From an uncultured Chlamydiae bacterium (GTDB taxonomy: Bacteria > Chlamydiota > Chlamydiia > Chlamydiales > SM23-39): a DNA stretch of 64,000 nucleotides. The notes under the pieces were generated by a model. The model saw nothing but the letters and a program-made list of their open reading frames with translations, was not told the DNA's origin and did no database searches. The position numbers and the translations under genes were made by a program. Positions 33,050-42,887 of this stretch are shown one piece after another (the first letter of the stretch is position 1; each line of letters starts with the position of its first letter). The stretch lies in NCBI GenBank assembly GCA_963828125.1, contig CAWHDP010000002.1:1440001-1504000 (forward strand). Direction: 5' to 3'.

Positions 33050-33900
33050 ATATGAAATTTTTGATATACCGGATTCTATTTTTGGCAAGTATTGTTGCAC
33101 CACAATTTTTAATGGCCAAAATTTACGACTGCTTTATGTTCAACCATGAATTGGATATATTAGAAATTCGGCTGAATGAGATGTACGATTTTGTCGATTA
33201 TTTTGTCCTGGTCGAAAGCACGGAGACGCACAGGGGGACGCCGAAAGAGCTCCATTATGAAAATAACAAAGCTAGGTTCGGCCGTTTTCAGGACAAAATC
33301 ATTCATGTGATCGTCAGAGACCCCCTTCCCACCAATGATTTATGGGCGAGGGAGGGATTTCAAAGAGATCAAATCATACGAGGGCTTAAGAGGTGCTCTC
33401 CTGATGATTGTGTGATTATCTCCGATTTAGATGAAATTATTCGGGGGAAAGACATTTCAAAGATCGTAGCTCATTTAAAAAACCATCATCATGTGGCATG
33501 CCAGCTCGATTTGTTTATCCACTATTTAAATGGCTTTGTGGGGCAATGGAACGGCCCTGTGGCTACAAAATTTTATAACGTGGCTAGGGCCGGAGCGAAT
33601 AGCATGCGGGAAATAAGAAATTCTGTATTTACCCTTAAAAATATGGGGTGGCATTTTTCTTCCGTTGGCAGCATTCAGATGAATTTGATTAAACTGACCA
33701 GCAATGTTCATGGCGCCGAGTACCCGAATATCACGGCCAGGGACATTGAGCTTGCGATGGAGAATACGCCGTGCATTCCGATAGATTCTTCATTCCCACA
33801 ATATGTGATCGATCATTGGGATGTTTATATCCAAAGGGGGTTGATTAAGGAAAACGGCACAGCGAGTCGCGCATCTGTGGGCACAAAACTTCACCGATAG
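33046..33900 (+). CDS. Glycosyltransferase family 17 (MGAT3-like beta-1,4-GlcNAc transferase) with signal peptide
   Basis: IYDCFMFNHELDILEIRLNE..VDYFVLVES..T, REGFQR, SDLDEI and GWHFS. Confidence 0.85.
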   Translation: MNMKFLIYRILFLASIVAPQFLMAKIYDCFMFNHELDILEIRLNEMYDFVDYFVLVESTETHRGTPKELHYENNKARFGRFQDKIIHVIVRDPLPTNDLWAREGFQRDQIIRGLKRCSPDDCVIISDLDEIIRGKDISKIVAHLKNHHHVACQLDLFIHYLNGFVGQWNGPVATKFYNVARAGANSMREIRNSVFTLKNMGWHFSSVGSIQMNLIKLTSNVHGAEYPNITARDIELAMENTPCIPIDSSFPQYVIDHWDVYIQRGLIKENGTASRASVGTKLHR

Positions 33901-33909
33901 GTAATTGTC

Positions 33910-34032
33910 TTGATCAGGCATCGTAACATCCTTCTCACTGGCGGGAGCGGGAAGCTCGGCGGCGCCATTCAGAACGCAAGGGTGACTCCCACAAAACCGA
34001 GGCCAAGAATACAAACGATCCGATCTGAATAA
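33910..34032 (+). pseudogene. 5' stub of an RmlD-like / SDR sugar-nucleotide reductase
   Basis: TTG start 9 nt after the GT17 stop reads MIRHRNILLTGGSGKLGGAIQ (GxxGxxG). Similarity ends near 33,972. Confidence 0.65.
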
Positions 34033-34064
34033 TCGAGCGGCACTACATGATTTGGATGGGTCAT
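33969..34064 (-). pseudogene. 5' stub of a UDP-glucose/GDP-mannose-type nucleotide-sugar dehydrogenase
   Basis: ATG overlaps the flippase stop (ATGA) and reads MTHPNHVVPLDYSDRIVCILGLGFVGVTLAF-stop (GxGxVG). Confidence 0.7.
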
Positions 34065-35551
34065 AGGTTCTCCTTCAAGGTGGAAATGGCCGCCCAGTCG
34101 CGTCGGATATACCTCAAAACCGCCTGTTTATCTGGGCGAGTGAGGCAAAATTTCCAAAGAAAAGCATAATACAACAAAACCAGACATCCCGATACGGCCA
34201 TGTGAAAATAGAGGGGGAGAGGTAAGAAAGAGGTTCCGATCACCGGGATCAATCCAGCACAGATTTTGATGATCCGGTTCCACTCGTATTGGATCGGCAA
34301 AAGGCGTTGACTGAGTAGGTATGTGATCCCTGCTAAAAAGGCAAAAGAGATCAAGGTGGCTATAGCCGCCCCTTCTTTATTCAGGAGCGGAATCAGAGCG
34401 CAGTTGATCAAAACGGATACTGCCCCTGCCGAGAGTTCAACATAGAGCTGCCAGAGCGCTTTTTTGTTAAAAAAAAGTCCGACTATGAAGATGTGATAGA
34501 TTCCCCAGCACCCCTGGGCAAGACTTAAGATCCCGACGACCGTCCATATGCTATGGAAATTGGCATGGAGAATCAGACATACGACAGGGCGGGCCGCTGC
34601 AAAGAAAAGGGCGCAAAGGGCGCAAAGGGCCAATACATAATAACTCAATACTTTGCGAAATAAGGGGATCCCCTCTTCTTGTCTATTGGCAAAAGAGGCG
34701 TAGAAAGGGACCCAAGCATTGATAAAAGCGATCACCGGAAGTTCGATACAACGGGCAAAATTGGATCCCATATAAAATAGGCCGACCTCATTCATGTCTA
34801 AAAAGAACTGCATCACTGCGCGAGAGGCAGATTGGAGGAGGGGATATCCGATCAACGTGATCGCATAGGGGAGGCCCAATTGCAACATTTGCGGCACATA
34901 TTTCCAGCCGACCTTAAATCTGAAGAATTTTAAGCAAATGAAGAGGGTGGCAAGAAACGAGGCGAGTTGAGAAAGGATCCAGCTTAATACAATTCCAAGC
35001 ACCCCTATTTTTAAGAAAATAATGAAATAGAGGGTCAGAGCTACGCTTAAGAGCGTTTCAAAAAGAGCGACAGCTGCGATCAGAGGGGCTTTTTCCTTCA
35101 TTCGGAGAGAAGAGATTAGCGGGACAGTCATATGGGTCAGCGCCGTAGAGACAAAAATCAAAATGACGAGGGGAGAATAAAGGCTGGATTGAAAGAGAAG
35201 GAGGCTGATCTGGGAAGAGAAAAGAGCGGCTAGGGACGTCCAAATTGCAGCGTTGATCGTCAAGCCGCTAAAGGCTGTCCAAATGATCTCTCTCCTTTCT
35301 CCTTCTGTCTTCACGTCGTGATAGAGGCGCGCGCAGGGAGCTGCGGCGCCTAAAGTGTATAATCCGACGAGGAAGGGGACGATGAGGGACAAAGTGCTGA
35401 TGACGCCGTAATCGGCTGGTGTGAGATAGGCAGTTGTCAGGGGGAGAAGCAAAAACGTGATCAGCCGAGAGAGGACTTGCCCTCCGCTGTAGATGAAAAG
35501 ATCTTGCAGCAATCTTCGGAAGGGGTGGCTTACCGGGGCTGTTTCAGGCAC
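34061..35551 (-). CDS. wzx: Wzx-type oligosaccharide flippase
   Basis: 496 aa, 12-14 TM segments, FLLLPLTTAYLTPADYG and LIPLLNKEGAAIAT. Confidence 0.85.
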   Translation of the reverse strand: MPETAPVSHPFRRLLQDLFIYSGGQVLSRLITFLLLPLTTAYLTPADYGVISTLSLIVPFLVGLYTLGAAAPCARLYHDVKTEGERREIIWTAFSGLTINAAIWTSLAALFSSQISLLLFQSSLYSPLVILIFVSTALTHMTVPLISSLRMKEKAPLIAAVALFETLLSVALTLYFIIFLKIGVLGIVLSWILSQLASFLATLFICLKFFRFKVGWKYVPQMLQLGLPYAITLIGYPLLQSASRAVMQFFLDMNEVGLFYMGSNFARCIELPVIAFINAWVPFYASFANRQEEGIPLFRKVLSYYVLALCALCALFFAAARPVVCLILHANFHSIWTVVGILSLAQGCWGIYHIFIVGLFFNKKALWQLYVELSAGAVSVLINCALIPLLNKEGAAIATLISFAFLAGITYLLSQRLLPIQYEWNRIIKICAGLIPVIGTSFLPLPLYFHMAVSGCLVLLYYAFLWKFCLTRPDKQAVLRYIRRDWAAISTLKENL

Positions 35552-35901
35552 AACGTTTCCATATGAAGATTTTCATTCACTAATCCCCATTCGGGATCAT
35601 TCAAATAGAAGGGGGGAATGTTTTTTGCCCAGCGCCTGGCCGTTTTGATGAAGTTTTGCTCATATGAATCGAAAATCCCCCCTTTAGCGTAAAGAAACTT
35701 CCTCTTGGGATAATTGAATAAACTATGACACAAGGTGGAGATCCCTAATCTCCGTAATAGCGGCTCGACCCCTCTTTGGATTTGAAAGTCTTTTAATTGC
35801 TGTAAGAGGAAATTCAGGCTGAAGTTATGCCTCTGGGTCCGATCAGGAACATAATGATCATTGCGGGCAAAACCTATAAAACTGACGTAAGATTGGAGCA
35901 T
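35530..35901 (-). pseudogene. Probable internally deleted glycosyltransferase-like gene
   Basis: Only 123 aa, but it has an N-terminal SFIGFARNDHY and a C-terminal NDPEWGL resembling the two ends of a longer protein type. Confidence 0.45.
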
Positions 35902-36039
35902 ACAACGGGCGATGGTATAGAAAAAGATCCATTTTTGGCAATTTTATAATAAAAAAACATTGATAATAAGCTATTTACGTGTGTTGGTTGCAATATGACG
36001 CCGATTCCGTCAAAATGAGACTCAAAATGAAGGGATTAG

Positions 36040-37665
36040 GTGCGATTTATGGCTAAGATTACCATCTATCATTCCCAATCGCTGGCTCCGGCACAGATTG
36101 AAAATCACAAATTTGTCTCTTTGGATGAATTGAAATCGTGGGTTCAATCGGGGAAAATTTTTTTTCATCTGTTCCGCTATCGGGAATCGAGGATGCTCGT
36201 TCACGATCTCCATACCGTTTCTAAACCGTTTGCAACCGCCCTTCTTCTCTGGATGCTGGGCCGCGGGCGAGCCACGAGAGAGGACAGGCAAGGCAAATCC
36301 CAGCAGATCACTGTTGCCCTTTTGTTCTCTTTATTTTTGCAATTAGTTTGCGGGTATTTCACAAAAAAAGCATTCTTGGAAGAGATAAAACAGAAGATTA
36401 ACTTAATTAAAACATTAAAAGCAAATAAGTTAGATGTTGCCCATCAACCTATCTATTTACGGACCGATCTCTGTTTTGGCCTACAGTCAGGCGGCTCTGT
36501 CGGCCATATCGCAGGCGTTTTGAACCATTTAGGCCAATTTACAGGAGCTCCCATATTCTTGACGACCGATACCATTCCGACGACCAGCCAGCAATTGGAA
36601 TCTCACATTATAGCGCCCGGGGGCCCCTTGTGGGATTTTGCCGAACTCCCCTCTTTGCACTTCAATGACACTTTTTTAAAGCAGGCGATCCAGATCATCG
36701 GCGCACGGCGCCCTTCGTTTATCTACCAGCGCTATAGCATGAACAATTTTTCTGGAATCCAACTCGCGCAACGCTACGGGGTCCCTTTCGTCCTCGAATT
36801 CAACGGGTCGGAAATTTGGGTCAATCGGCATTGGAAAGGGTCTATTTTAAAATATGAAGCTCTGACCGAACAGATTGAAAGGCTCAATTTGCAAATGAGC
36901 GATCTTGTCGTAGTCGTCAGCCGCCCTCTCAAAGAGGAGTTGATCGCCAAAGGGATCGATCCGGATAAGATTTTAGTGAATCCGAATGGGGTCGATCCGG
37001 ACGTCTATTCTCCTGAAGTGGATGGGGCCCCCATTCGGCAAAAGTACGGCTTGGGAAATAAAACAGTGCTAGGTTTTATTGGGACCTTTGGGAAATGGCA
37101 TGGAGCGGAGATCCTCGCTAAAGCCTATGCAGAATTATTGAGTTCGTTCCCTGAACTGAAAAATAGAGTGTGTCTGATGATGATTGGCGACGGGATGACG
37201 ATGCCCTTGGTAAAACAGATCCTCGAGCCATCAACCTTGAAGGGATCTGTCATTTTTACTGGCACCGTACCCCAAGAATCTGGTCCTGGGTATCTCGGAG
37301 CGTGTGACATTCTGGCAGCCCCCCACGTCCCCAACGCCGATGGGACCCCCTTCTTTGGCTCACCCACCAAGCTTTTTGAGTACATGGCCATGGGCAAGGG
37401 AATTGTCGCCTCCGATCTAGATCAAATCGGCGAGGTTTTGGAACACGGCCGGTCAGCGTGGATGGTCAACCCGGGCGATGTGCAGAGTTTGATGCGGGGA
37501 TTAAAAAAGCTCATCGACGATCCACCGCTCTGCAAAAGTCTTGGCATGGCGGCTCGGAGAGAGGCGCTCTCCCGCTATAGCTGGAAAGAGCACACAAAGA
37601 AGATCATCGAAATCTTAAAGGAAAAATTCCATGCAAATCATGGAGTGCAGACGCATTCAACTTGA
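36040..37665 (+). CDS. GT4 (GT-B) glycosyltransferase with N-terminal extension
   Basis: GGSVGH, NPNGVD, GFIGTFGKWHG and SPTKLFEYMAMGKGIVASD. Confidence 0.9.
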   Translation: MRFMAKITIYHSQSLAPAQIENHKFVSLDELKSWVQSGKIFFHLFRYRESRMLVHDLHTVSKPFATALLLWMLGRGRATREDRQGKSQQITVALLFSLFLQLVCGYFTKKAFLEEIKQKINLIKTLKANKLDVAHQPIYLRTDLCFGLQSGGSVGHIAGVLNHLGQFTGAPIFLTTDTIPTTSQQLESHIIAPGGPLWDFAELPSLHFNDTFLKQAIQIIGARRPSFIYQRYSMNNFSGIQLAQRYGVPFVLEFNGSEIWVNRHWKGSILKYEALTEQIERLNLQMSDLVVVVSRPLKEELIAKGIDPDKILVNPNGVDPDVYSPEVDGAPIRQKYGLGNKTVLGFIGTFGKWHGAEILAKAYAELLSSFPELKNRVCLMMIGDGMTMPLVKQILEPSTLKGSVIFTGTVPQESGPGYLGACDILAAPHVPNADGTPFFGSPTKLFEYMAMGKGIVASDLDQIGEVLEHGRSAWMVNPGDVQSLMRGLKKLIDDPPLCKSLGMAARREALSRYSWKEHTKKIIEILKEKFHANHGVQTHST

Positions 37666-38770
37666 GCAATCAATCAACGGGCTGAATGTAACGGACGTCC
37701 CATTAGTTCAACTGTGCGGAACTTCTTTCGAACCCGCTGGATTTGCTGACGATCCAGGAATATATTACTTTATCCCTTGGATGACCAAACATTTAGGAAT
37801 ACCGCTTGACCCCGCCATAGATCTATTCCTTGGAACCCTTTTGTTGCTTGGGGCATTGATCAGCGGCGCCTGTTTATTTTTTACGTTCAAAACTTGGGCC
37901 TGCCGGGCTATCTCAATCGTTGGGAGCCTCCTTTTGACTGGAATGGCAGCCCGTTGTTCGGACTTGTACGTCAGCTCGTATTTCGCAGTGGCTGCCACCG
38001 TCCCATTTTTCATTGTATGGAACCAGATCCGATCCCCCTTTCATTTAAAAATAGGGCTCACCATTGCCTGGAGCGGACTCATTATTGGCTACTGCAACCA
38101 AATCCGCTGTCAATCTGGCACAGGAGCGCTATTGTTTCTCCTTTCGTGGATTGCACTCAACGGCAATTTTTCAAAAAAAGAGAAATTAAGCTCCGCAGTT
38201 CTGTTATCGGTTTTCGTCTTGTTACCTTATCTCCATTTTCATAGACTGGAATTCAATAGAGACTCATTTTTAACCAAAAAAAATCCCTCACACAACAGTA
38301 TTGCTGTGACTCATCCTAAATGGCATAACATATACATTGGATTCGGGTATTTAAAAAATAAATACGGCATTGAATACAATGATACCATTTCGTCAAACAA
38401 GGCGCTATCGATCAGCCCGAATGTGCAATTTTGTTCCGCTGAATACGAATCGATTTTAAGAGAGCAATGCTGGCGATTGCTCAGAACCGATTGTGTATTT
38501 GTATTGAAAACTCTCTTATGTAAAGCATTAGTGATCCTCCTAAAATTGGCCCTATTTGCAAACTTTGGTTTGCTGTTTTGGTTTTATGTAAGGGCGCCCT
38601 TGAGATTCACGGCTCCTTTTTTGATTGCCACCCTCTTTTATTCGCTCCCGGGACTCTTGACCATGCCTTACACCGCTTATGTTTTGGGAGCACTCAGCCT
38701 ATCCACTCTTTTTGGCGTCACTCTGATTGGTTTGAGGCTAGAAAAATATCAAAAATACGAGGCAGCATGA
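37631..38770 (+). CDS. Polytopic membrane protein, putative GT-C-like transferase (paralogue 1)
   Basis: About 9-10 TM segments, DDPG di-acid in the N-terminal loop and HPKWHxIYIGFGY, shared with 40841-42001. Confidence 0.6.
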   Translation: MQIMECRRIQLEQSINGLNVTDVPLVQLCGTSFEPAGFADDPGIYYFIPWMTKHLGIPLDPAIDLFLGTLLLLGALISGACLFFTFKTWACRAISIVGSLLLTGMAARCSDLYVSSYFAVAATVPFFIVWNQIRSPFHLKIGLTIAWSGLIIGYCNQIRCQSGTGALLFLLSWIALNGNFSKKEKLSSAVLLSVFVLLPYLHFHRLEFNRDSFLTKKNPSHNSIAVTHPKWHNIYIGFGYLKNKYGIEYNDTISSNKALSISPNVQFCSAEYESILREQCWRLLRTDCVFVLKTLLCKALVILLKLALFANFGLLFWFYVRAPLRFTAPFLIATLFYSLPGLLTMPYTAYVLGALSLSTLFGVTLIGLRLEKYQKYEAA

Positions 38771-39183
38771 ATCTAGAGACGAAAGTTCTTTCAGCAACTG
38801 GAGCCAAACCGTTCCTATTAGGATGGGGAATGGTTCTCATTTATGTCGCATTCAACTCATTGGGCGCTTTCATTCTGAAAACCCAAGTTCAAAAATTGGG
38901 AACCTGGAGTTTTTCGAACGGATTTTCTGTCTATTCGTTTTTTATGACCCTCTTTTCATCTTGGCAAACATGGATGGGGCTCATCTCGATTTCGACGGCA
39001 ACGGCCGCTTGGATCATCGCCCTATCCCATCTCGAACTATCCAAGGCCTATCCCGTTGCCATCGGTTTAAATCTACTCATTGTGATCAGCGCCTCTCTTG
39101 TTTTTTTTCATGAACCCCTAACGGTTTATACATGGATCGGAACCATTTTGATCTTCAGTGGAGTGATGTTTCTGTTTTCTTGA
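38767..39183 (+). CDS. SMR/EamA small 4-TM protein (ArnE/ArnF-like undecaprenyl-phosphate-sugar flippase)
   Basis: ALSHLELSKAYP and FFHEPLT..WIG..LIFSGV; ATGA overlap with the upstream gene. Confidence 0.75.
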   Translation: MNLETKVLSATGAKPFLLGWGMVLIYVAFNSLGAFILKTQVQKLGTWSFSNGFSVYSFFMTLFSSWQTWMGLISISTATAAWIIALSHLELSKAYPVAIGLNLLIVISASLVFFHEPLTVYTWIGTILIFSGVMFLFS

Positions 39184-39229
39184 CTTTTTATAAGAAACCG
39201 CAAAATAATCGATCCTCGAGAGATAAAGC

Positions 39230-40174
39230 GTGAAAAAACTACTGTCGATTGTCGTCCCCGTCTTCAACGAAGAGGAGAGTCTCCCTATTTTGTACGGGGA
39301 ACTGCAGTCCATTTTTGGGCAGCTGAGCGGCCGCTATGAAGTTGAGTTGATCTTAGTCAATGATGGGAGCCGCGACAGTTCCTGGTCGGTGATCAAACAA
39401 CTCGCTGCCGCCGACGCCCATGTGAGGGGCCTCTCATTTAGCCGCAATTTTGGCCACCAAATGGCGCTCACCGCCGGTTGCGATCTTTCCCGAGGAGATG
39501 CAGTCATCACGATGGACGCCGATATGCAAGATCCGCCGAAGCTCATTTTTGAGATGATCAAAAAATGGGAAGCAGGATCGCAAATCGTCTATGCGCGTAG
39601 AGTGGATCGAAAAGATACCTTCTTAAAAAAGGTGACCGCGAAACTCTATTACAAATTTCTCGATCTCATTTCCGACGTCAAAATTCCCCGGAATGTGGGC
39701 GACTTTCGGCTCATCGACAAGAAAGTTTTATTGGCCGTCAATTCTTGCCGTGAAAAGGCCCGCTATTTCCGCGGCATGGTCGCATGGACCGGTTTTTCGC
39801 ACGCCTATGTCGATTTCTCCCGGCCGAACCGAACCGCTGGCGCCACAGGCTACACCTGGAAAAAAATGTTTAAGCTTGCGTTCGACGGGATGACCAGCTT
39901 CTCCATGTTCCCGCTCAAGTTAGCGGCGTATGTAGGCATTTTTGTGATTGCAACGGGCCTACTGATGTTTTTATATATCACTTGCGATGCGTTCATCAAC
40001 CAAGTGAATTATCCTCTTTTCAAATGGCTCGTGACCATTATTTATATCTTTATGGGAGTGCAATTTTTGTTGTTGTGGTTCCTTGGCGAGTATATTGGGA
40101 GGATTCACGACCAGCAAAAAGGGAGACCGTTGTATATTGTGGCTGAGGAAATCGGCATTGAAGCAAGAATTTGA
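39230..40174 (+). CDS. GtrB/ArnC-type GT2 polyprenol-phosphate glycosyltransferase
   Basis: VVPVFNEE, VNDGSRD, FSRNFGHQ, MDADMQDPP, GDFRL and two C-terminal TM helices then GEYIGRI. Confidence 0.92.
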   Translation: MKKLLSIVVPVFNEEESLPILYGELQSIFGQLSGRYEVELILVNDGSRDSSWSVIKQLAAADAHVRGLSFSRNFGHQMALTAGCDLSRGDAVITMDADMQDPPKLIFEMIKKWEAGSQIVYARRVDRKDTFLKKVTAKLYYKFLDLISDVKIPRNVGDFRLIDKKVLLAVNSCREKARYFRGMVAWTGFSHAYVDFSRPNRTAGATGYTWKKMFKLAFDGMTSFSMFPLKLAAYVGIFVIATGLLMFLYITCDAFINQVNYPLFKWLVTIIYIFMGVQFLLLWFLGEYIGRIHDQQKGRPLYIVAEEIGIEARI

Positions 40175-40844
40175 TCAGTACATTGATGGGTATCGATCCA
40201 ACTGCGACAAATCGTTGAGGCTATCTGGGGAAACAAGCGCCTATTTCGCCGAATACAAGGCGAAAAAATTAGCCGAGTGGTTCCCCTCTAAAGTCCTTGA
40301 GTCGGGGAAGATCCTCGATTTTGGATGTGGCGACGGGGTGATGACCCATTTTGTCCGCAATCAGTTTCCCCGCGCTCAGCTCTATGGCGTCGATCCATCT
40401 CCCAAAAGCGTCGAAGAGGCGAGGCGCCAGTTTAACGGGATCCTGTTCTCTCTCAATTCAGATGAGAGGCCGGAGCTCGATTTTTCGAGCAGCCTTTTCG
40501 ATCTGATTTTTTCAGCCGGCGTATTCCACCACATTCCCTTTGACAAGCACGACGCTTACCTGACAGAGTTGTTTAGGATTTTGAAACCGAACGGCGCCCT
40601 GGTCCTTTTTGAGCTCAATCCGCTCAATCCCCTCACTACGCTCACCTTTAAGAGAAATCCGATTGACCAAGACGCCGCTTTGATGTCCCCTTGGTATACG
40701 AAAAAGCTCGTTAGAAAATATGGGAGATCCTCCACAAAATTTTACTGTTTTTTCCCCAGATTTCTGAAGTGGCTCCGTCCGGCAGAACCCTTGTTGACAA
40801 AAGTCCCTTTTGGAGCTTTGTATGCGACTCTGGTTTGCAAATGA
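40158..40844 (+). CDS. Class I SAM-dependent methyltransferase
   Basis: ILDFGCGDG, FHHIP and LKPNG; TTG start with GAGGA RBS. Confidence 0.88.
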   Translation: MKQEFDQYIDGYRSNCDKSLRLSGETSAYFAEYKAKKLAEWFPSKVLESGKILDFGCGDGVMTHFVRNQFPRAQLYGVDPSPKSVEEARRQFNGILFSLNSDERPELDFSSSLFDLIFSAGVFHHIPFDKHDAYLTELFRILKPNGALVLFELNPLNPLTTLTFKRNPIDQDAALMSPWYTKKLVRKYGRSSTKFYCFFPRFLKWLRPAEPLLTKVPFGALYATLVCK

Positions 40845-42001
40845 TGATCATGCATTGCAGATACTCTCAATTGAAAAACAGTCTAGAGACCCTGAATGCG
40901 ACCGGTATTCCGTTAGTCAGTTGCGAAAACAACATCTACACGGCTGCTGGATATACAGATGACCCGGGCATTTATTATTTTATTCCATGGATTGCAAAAT
41001 CTCTCGGCGTCTCAATTGACATAGCCATTCCCCTTTTTTTTGGTTCCTTGCTTTTGACAGGACTCATCCTCTCTATCATGAGTTTTTTCATTCATTTTAA
41101 AGATTGGGCGCCGCGCGTTGTTTCATTTTGCGGCCTTTCCCTTCTGACCGTCGCTGCATACTGCTATTCAGACGTCTATATTGCCCCCTATTTTGCCGCG
41201 GCCTCTATCATCCCCCTCTTTTTAATTCGTCTTGCCCCTCATACACGGCTCATGTTCAGCGGATGCGTCATTGGATATAGCAACATCATCCGCTCTCACG
41301 CTGGAACGGGGGTATTTTTGTTTATTTTAGCTTGGATTTTTCTCAACAGGGATCTGTCCAAAAAAGCCAAATTTTCCGCAATGCTCATTTTGTCTCTTTT
41401 TGTTTCAATTCCCTATATCCATTTTCACATTCTTGAGAGCAGGCGGGATCGATTCATCGCCCGCTCGAACCAAACCCATCCTTCAGGTTCTTTGTGTATA
41501 TCCCACCCCAAATGGCATAGCATCTATATTGGGTTTGGCTATTTAGCCAATCCCTATGGGATCCAATATATCGACAGCTGCGCTGAGGAAAAAGCCAAAT
41601 CGATTTGTCCCGATGTTGTTTACTGTTCAAGTGAATATGAGCAGATTTTGAGAGATGAATGTCTCTTGCTTTTGAGAAAAGATCCCCTATTTGTTCTAAA
41701 AACCGTCCTGCTAAAGTTCAGCGCCATTTGCCTAAAAGCTTTGAAATTTCTGAATATTTCCCTCCTATTGCTATTCTATGTGATTCCCCCGTTTCGCCTG
41801 ATCTTCCCCTTTTTTTTGGCAGCCTGTTTTTATATGTTGCCTGGGATTTTGGTGATCCCGCTGAATGCATATCTTTCCGGGTTTGTCAGCACTCTGACCC
41901 TGTTTGGGGTTTATATCATTTGTTTAGGAATTCATCGGTTTCGAAATGTAAAGCAGCTTTACATTACATCGCCCCACTCGGCGTTGCGGGCCCAGCGATA
42001 G
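40841..42001 (+). CDS. Polytopic membrane protein, putative GT-C-like transferase (paralogue 2)
   Basis: AGYTDDPGIYYFIPW and HPKWHSIYIGFGYL; colinear with 37631-38770. Confidence 0.6.
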   Translation: MMIMHCRYSQLKNSLETLNATGIPLVSCENNIYTAAGYTDDPGIYYFIPWIAKSLGVSIDIAIPLFFGSLLLTGLILSIMSFFIHFKDWAPRVVSFCGLSLLTVAAYCYSDVYIAPYFAAASIIPLFLIRLAPHTRLMFSGCVIGYSNIIRSHAGTGVFLFILAWIFLNRDLSKKAKFSAMLILSLFVSIPYIHFHILESRRDRFIARSNQTHPSGSLCISHPKWHSIYIGFGYLANPYGIQYIDSCAEEKAKSICPDVVYCSSEYEQILRDECLLLLRKDPLFVLKTVLLKFSAICLKALKFLNISLLLLFYVIPPFRLIFPFFLAACFYMLPGILVIPLNAYLSGFVSTLTLFGVYIICLGIHRFRNVKQLYITSPHSALRAQR

Positions 42002-42870
42002 AGCGCCTGATCCTTTCTAGAGACTGTTTTTTCTTCGATCAGACCCTGGCTATTGCATAGGGTGAGCCGGACATGTCCTGACAGTTTTAGCGGATGGCGG
42101 ACAATCCTTGCTATGGACGAATTCCCTGGCTTTTTTGACACAATTAAGTAACAGAACTTCTCATCTTCATAACCGAGGGTTCCCTCTTTTAGCGCTCTAT
42201 GCAACCTTGTCCTCTCGATCCGCGCTGAAAAATGGCACCAATCGCCCCCTTGAATGGGGCAGGCAAGAGCATGAGGGCATGGGGCGATCAAATGGGCTCC
42301 CTGATCGATCAACGCCTGTCGGATTTTGCGGATGAGCAGAAAACCTTTTGGCGTTCCTGGTTCTATGATCACTAACAGAGGGGCCGCGTCCCACGCTTTT
42401 TGCACAATGGCGAGCGGATTGTCCAGTTCTCCGAGTACATATGACAAAATGGCGACATCACCGTTTGGGATCGGCGCCTCTAACGACTGTTCGAGCCACA
42501 CCGCATCTCGCAACTTGGGGTGAAACGTTCCGAGTTCTTTTCCGAGTTCAACCGCTTTTGAGCTTTTTTCGATCAACGTTATCCTCTCCACAGCGTCGAC
42601 AGCCGCCCATGACGCGGTGCCCGGGCCTGCTCCCAAATCGAGCAAGTGGCCACCTAGATCTATCCCCTCGAGCGCTTTGCGGACAGCTGCGTAGGTAGCA
42701 GGCATTCGGGCCCCCAAGTAGGCGAGCCGCTTGGCCTCATCGGAGAAAGGGGAGACTCGTCCCTCTCTGTAATCTTGGCTGAGCCCCTCTCTGGCCTTTC
42801 GGAGAGCGTTTTGAGGTGTTTTTTCTAAAATTTGGTTAATAGCCGATTGAAGCTCTTCGGGCAGTTGCAT
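41959..42870 (-). CDS. Rsm22-family methyltransferase
   Basis: AYLGARMPATY, LDLGAGPGT, EPGTPKGF, APCPH..CP...WCHF and YEDEKFCY. Confidence 0.88.
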   Translation of the reverse strand: MQLPEELQSAINQILEKTPQNALRKAREGLSQDYREGRVSPFSDEAKRLAYLGARMPATYAAVRKALEGIDLGGHLLDLGAGPGTASWAAVDAVERITLIEKSSKAVELGKELGTFHPKLRDAVWLEQSLEAPIPNGDVAILSYVLGELDNPLAIVQKAWDAAPLLVIIEPGTPKGFLLIRKIRQALIDQGAHLIAPCPHALACPIQGGDWCHFSARIERTRLHRALKEGTLGYEDEKFCYLIVSKKPGNSSIARIVRHPLKLSGHVRLTLCNSQGLIEEKTVSRKDQALYRWARNAEWGDVM

Positions 42871-42887
42871 AGGGGGGGATTATACTC

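Noticed and set aside
41959..42001. 43-bp convergent overlap of rsm22 and membrane protein B
   Set aside because: Short 3' overlaps are common in compact genomes; no further signal.
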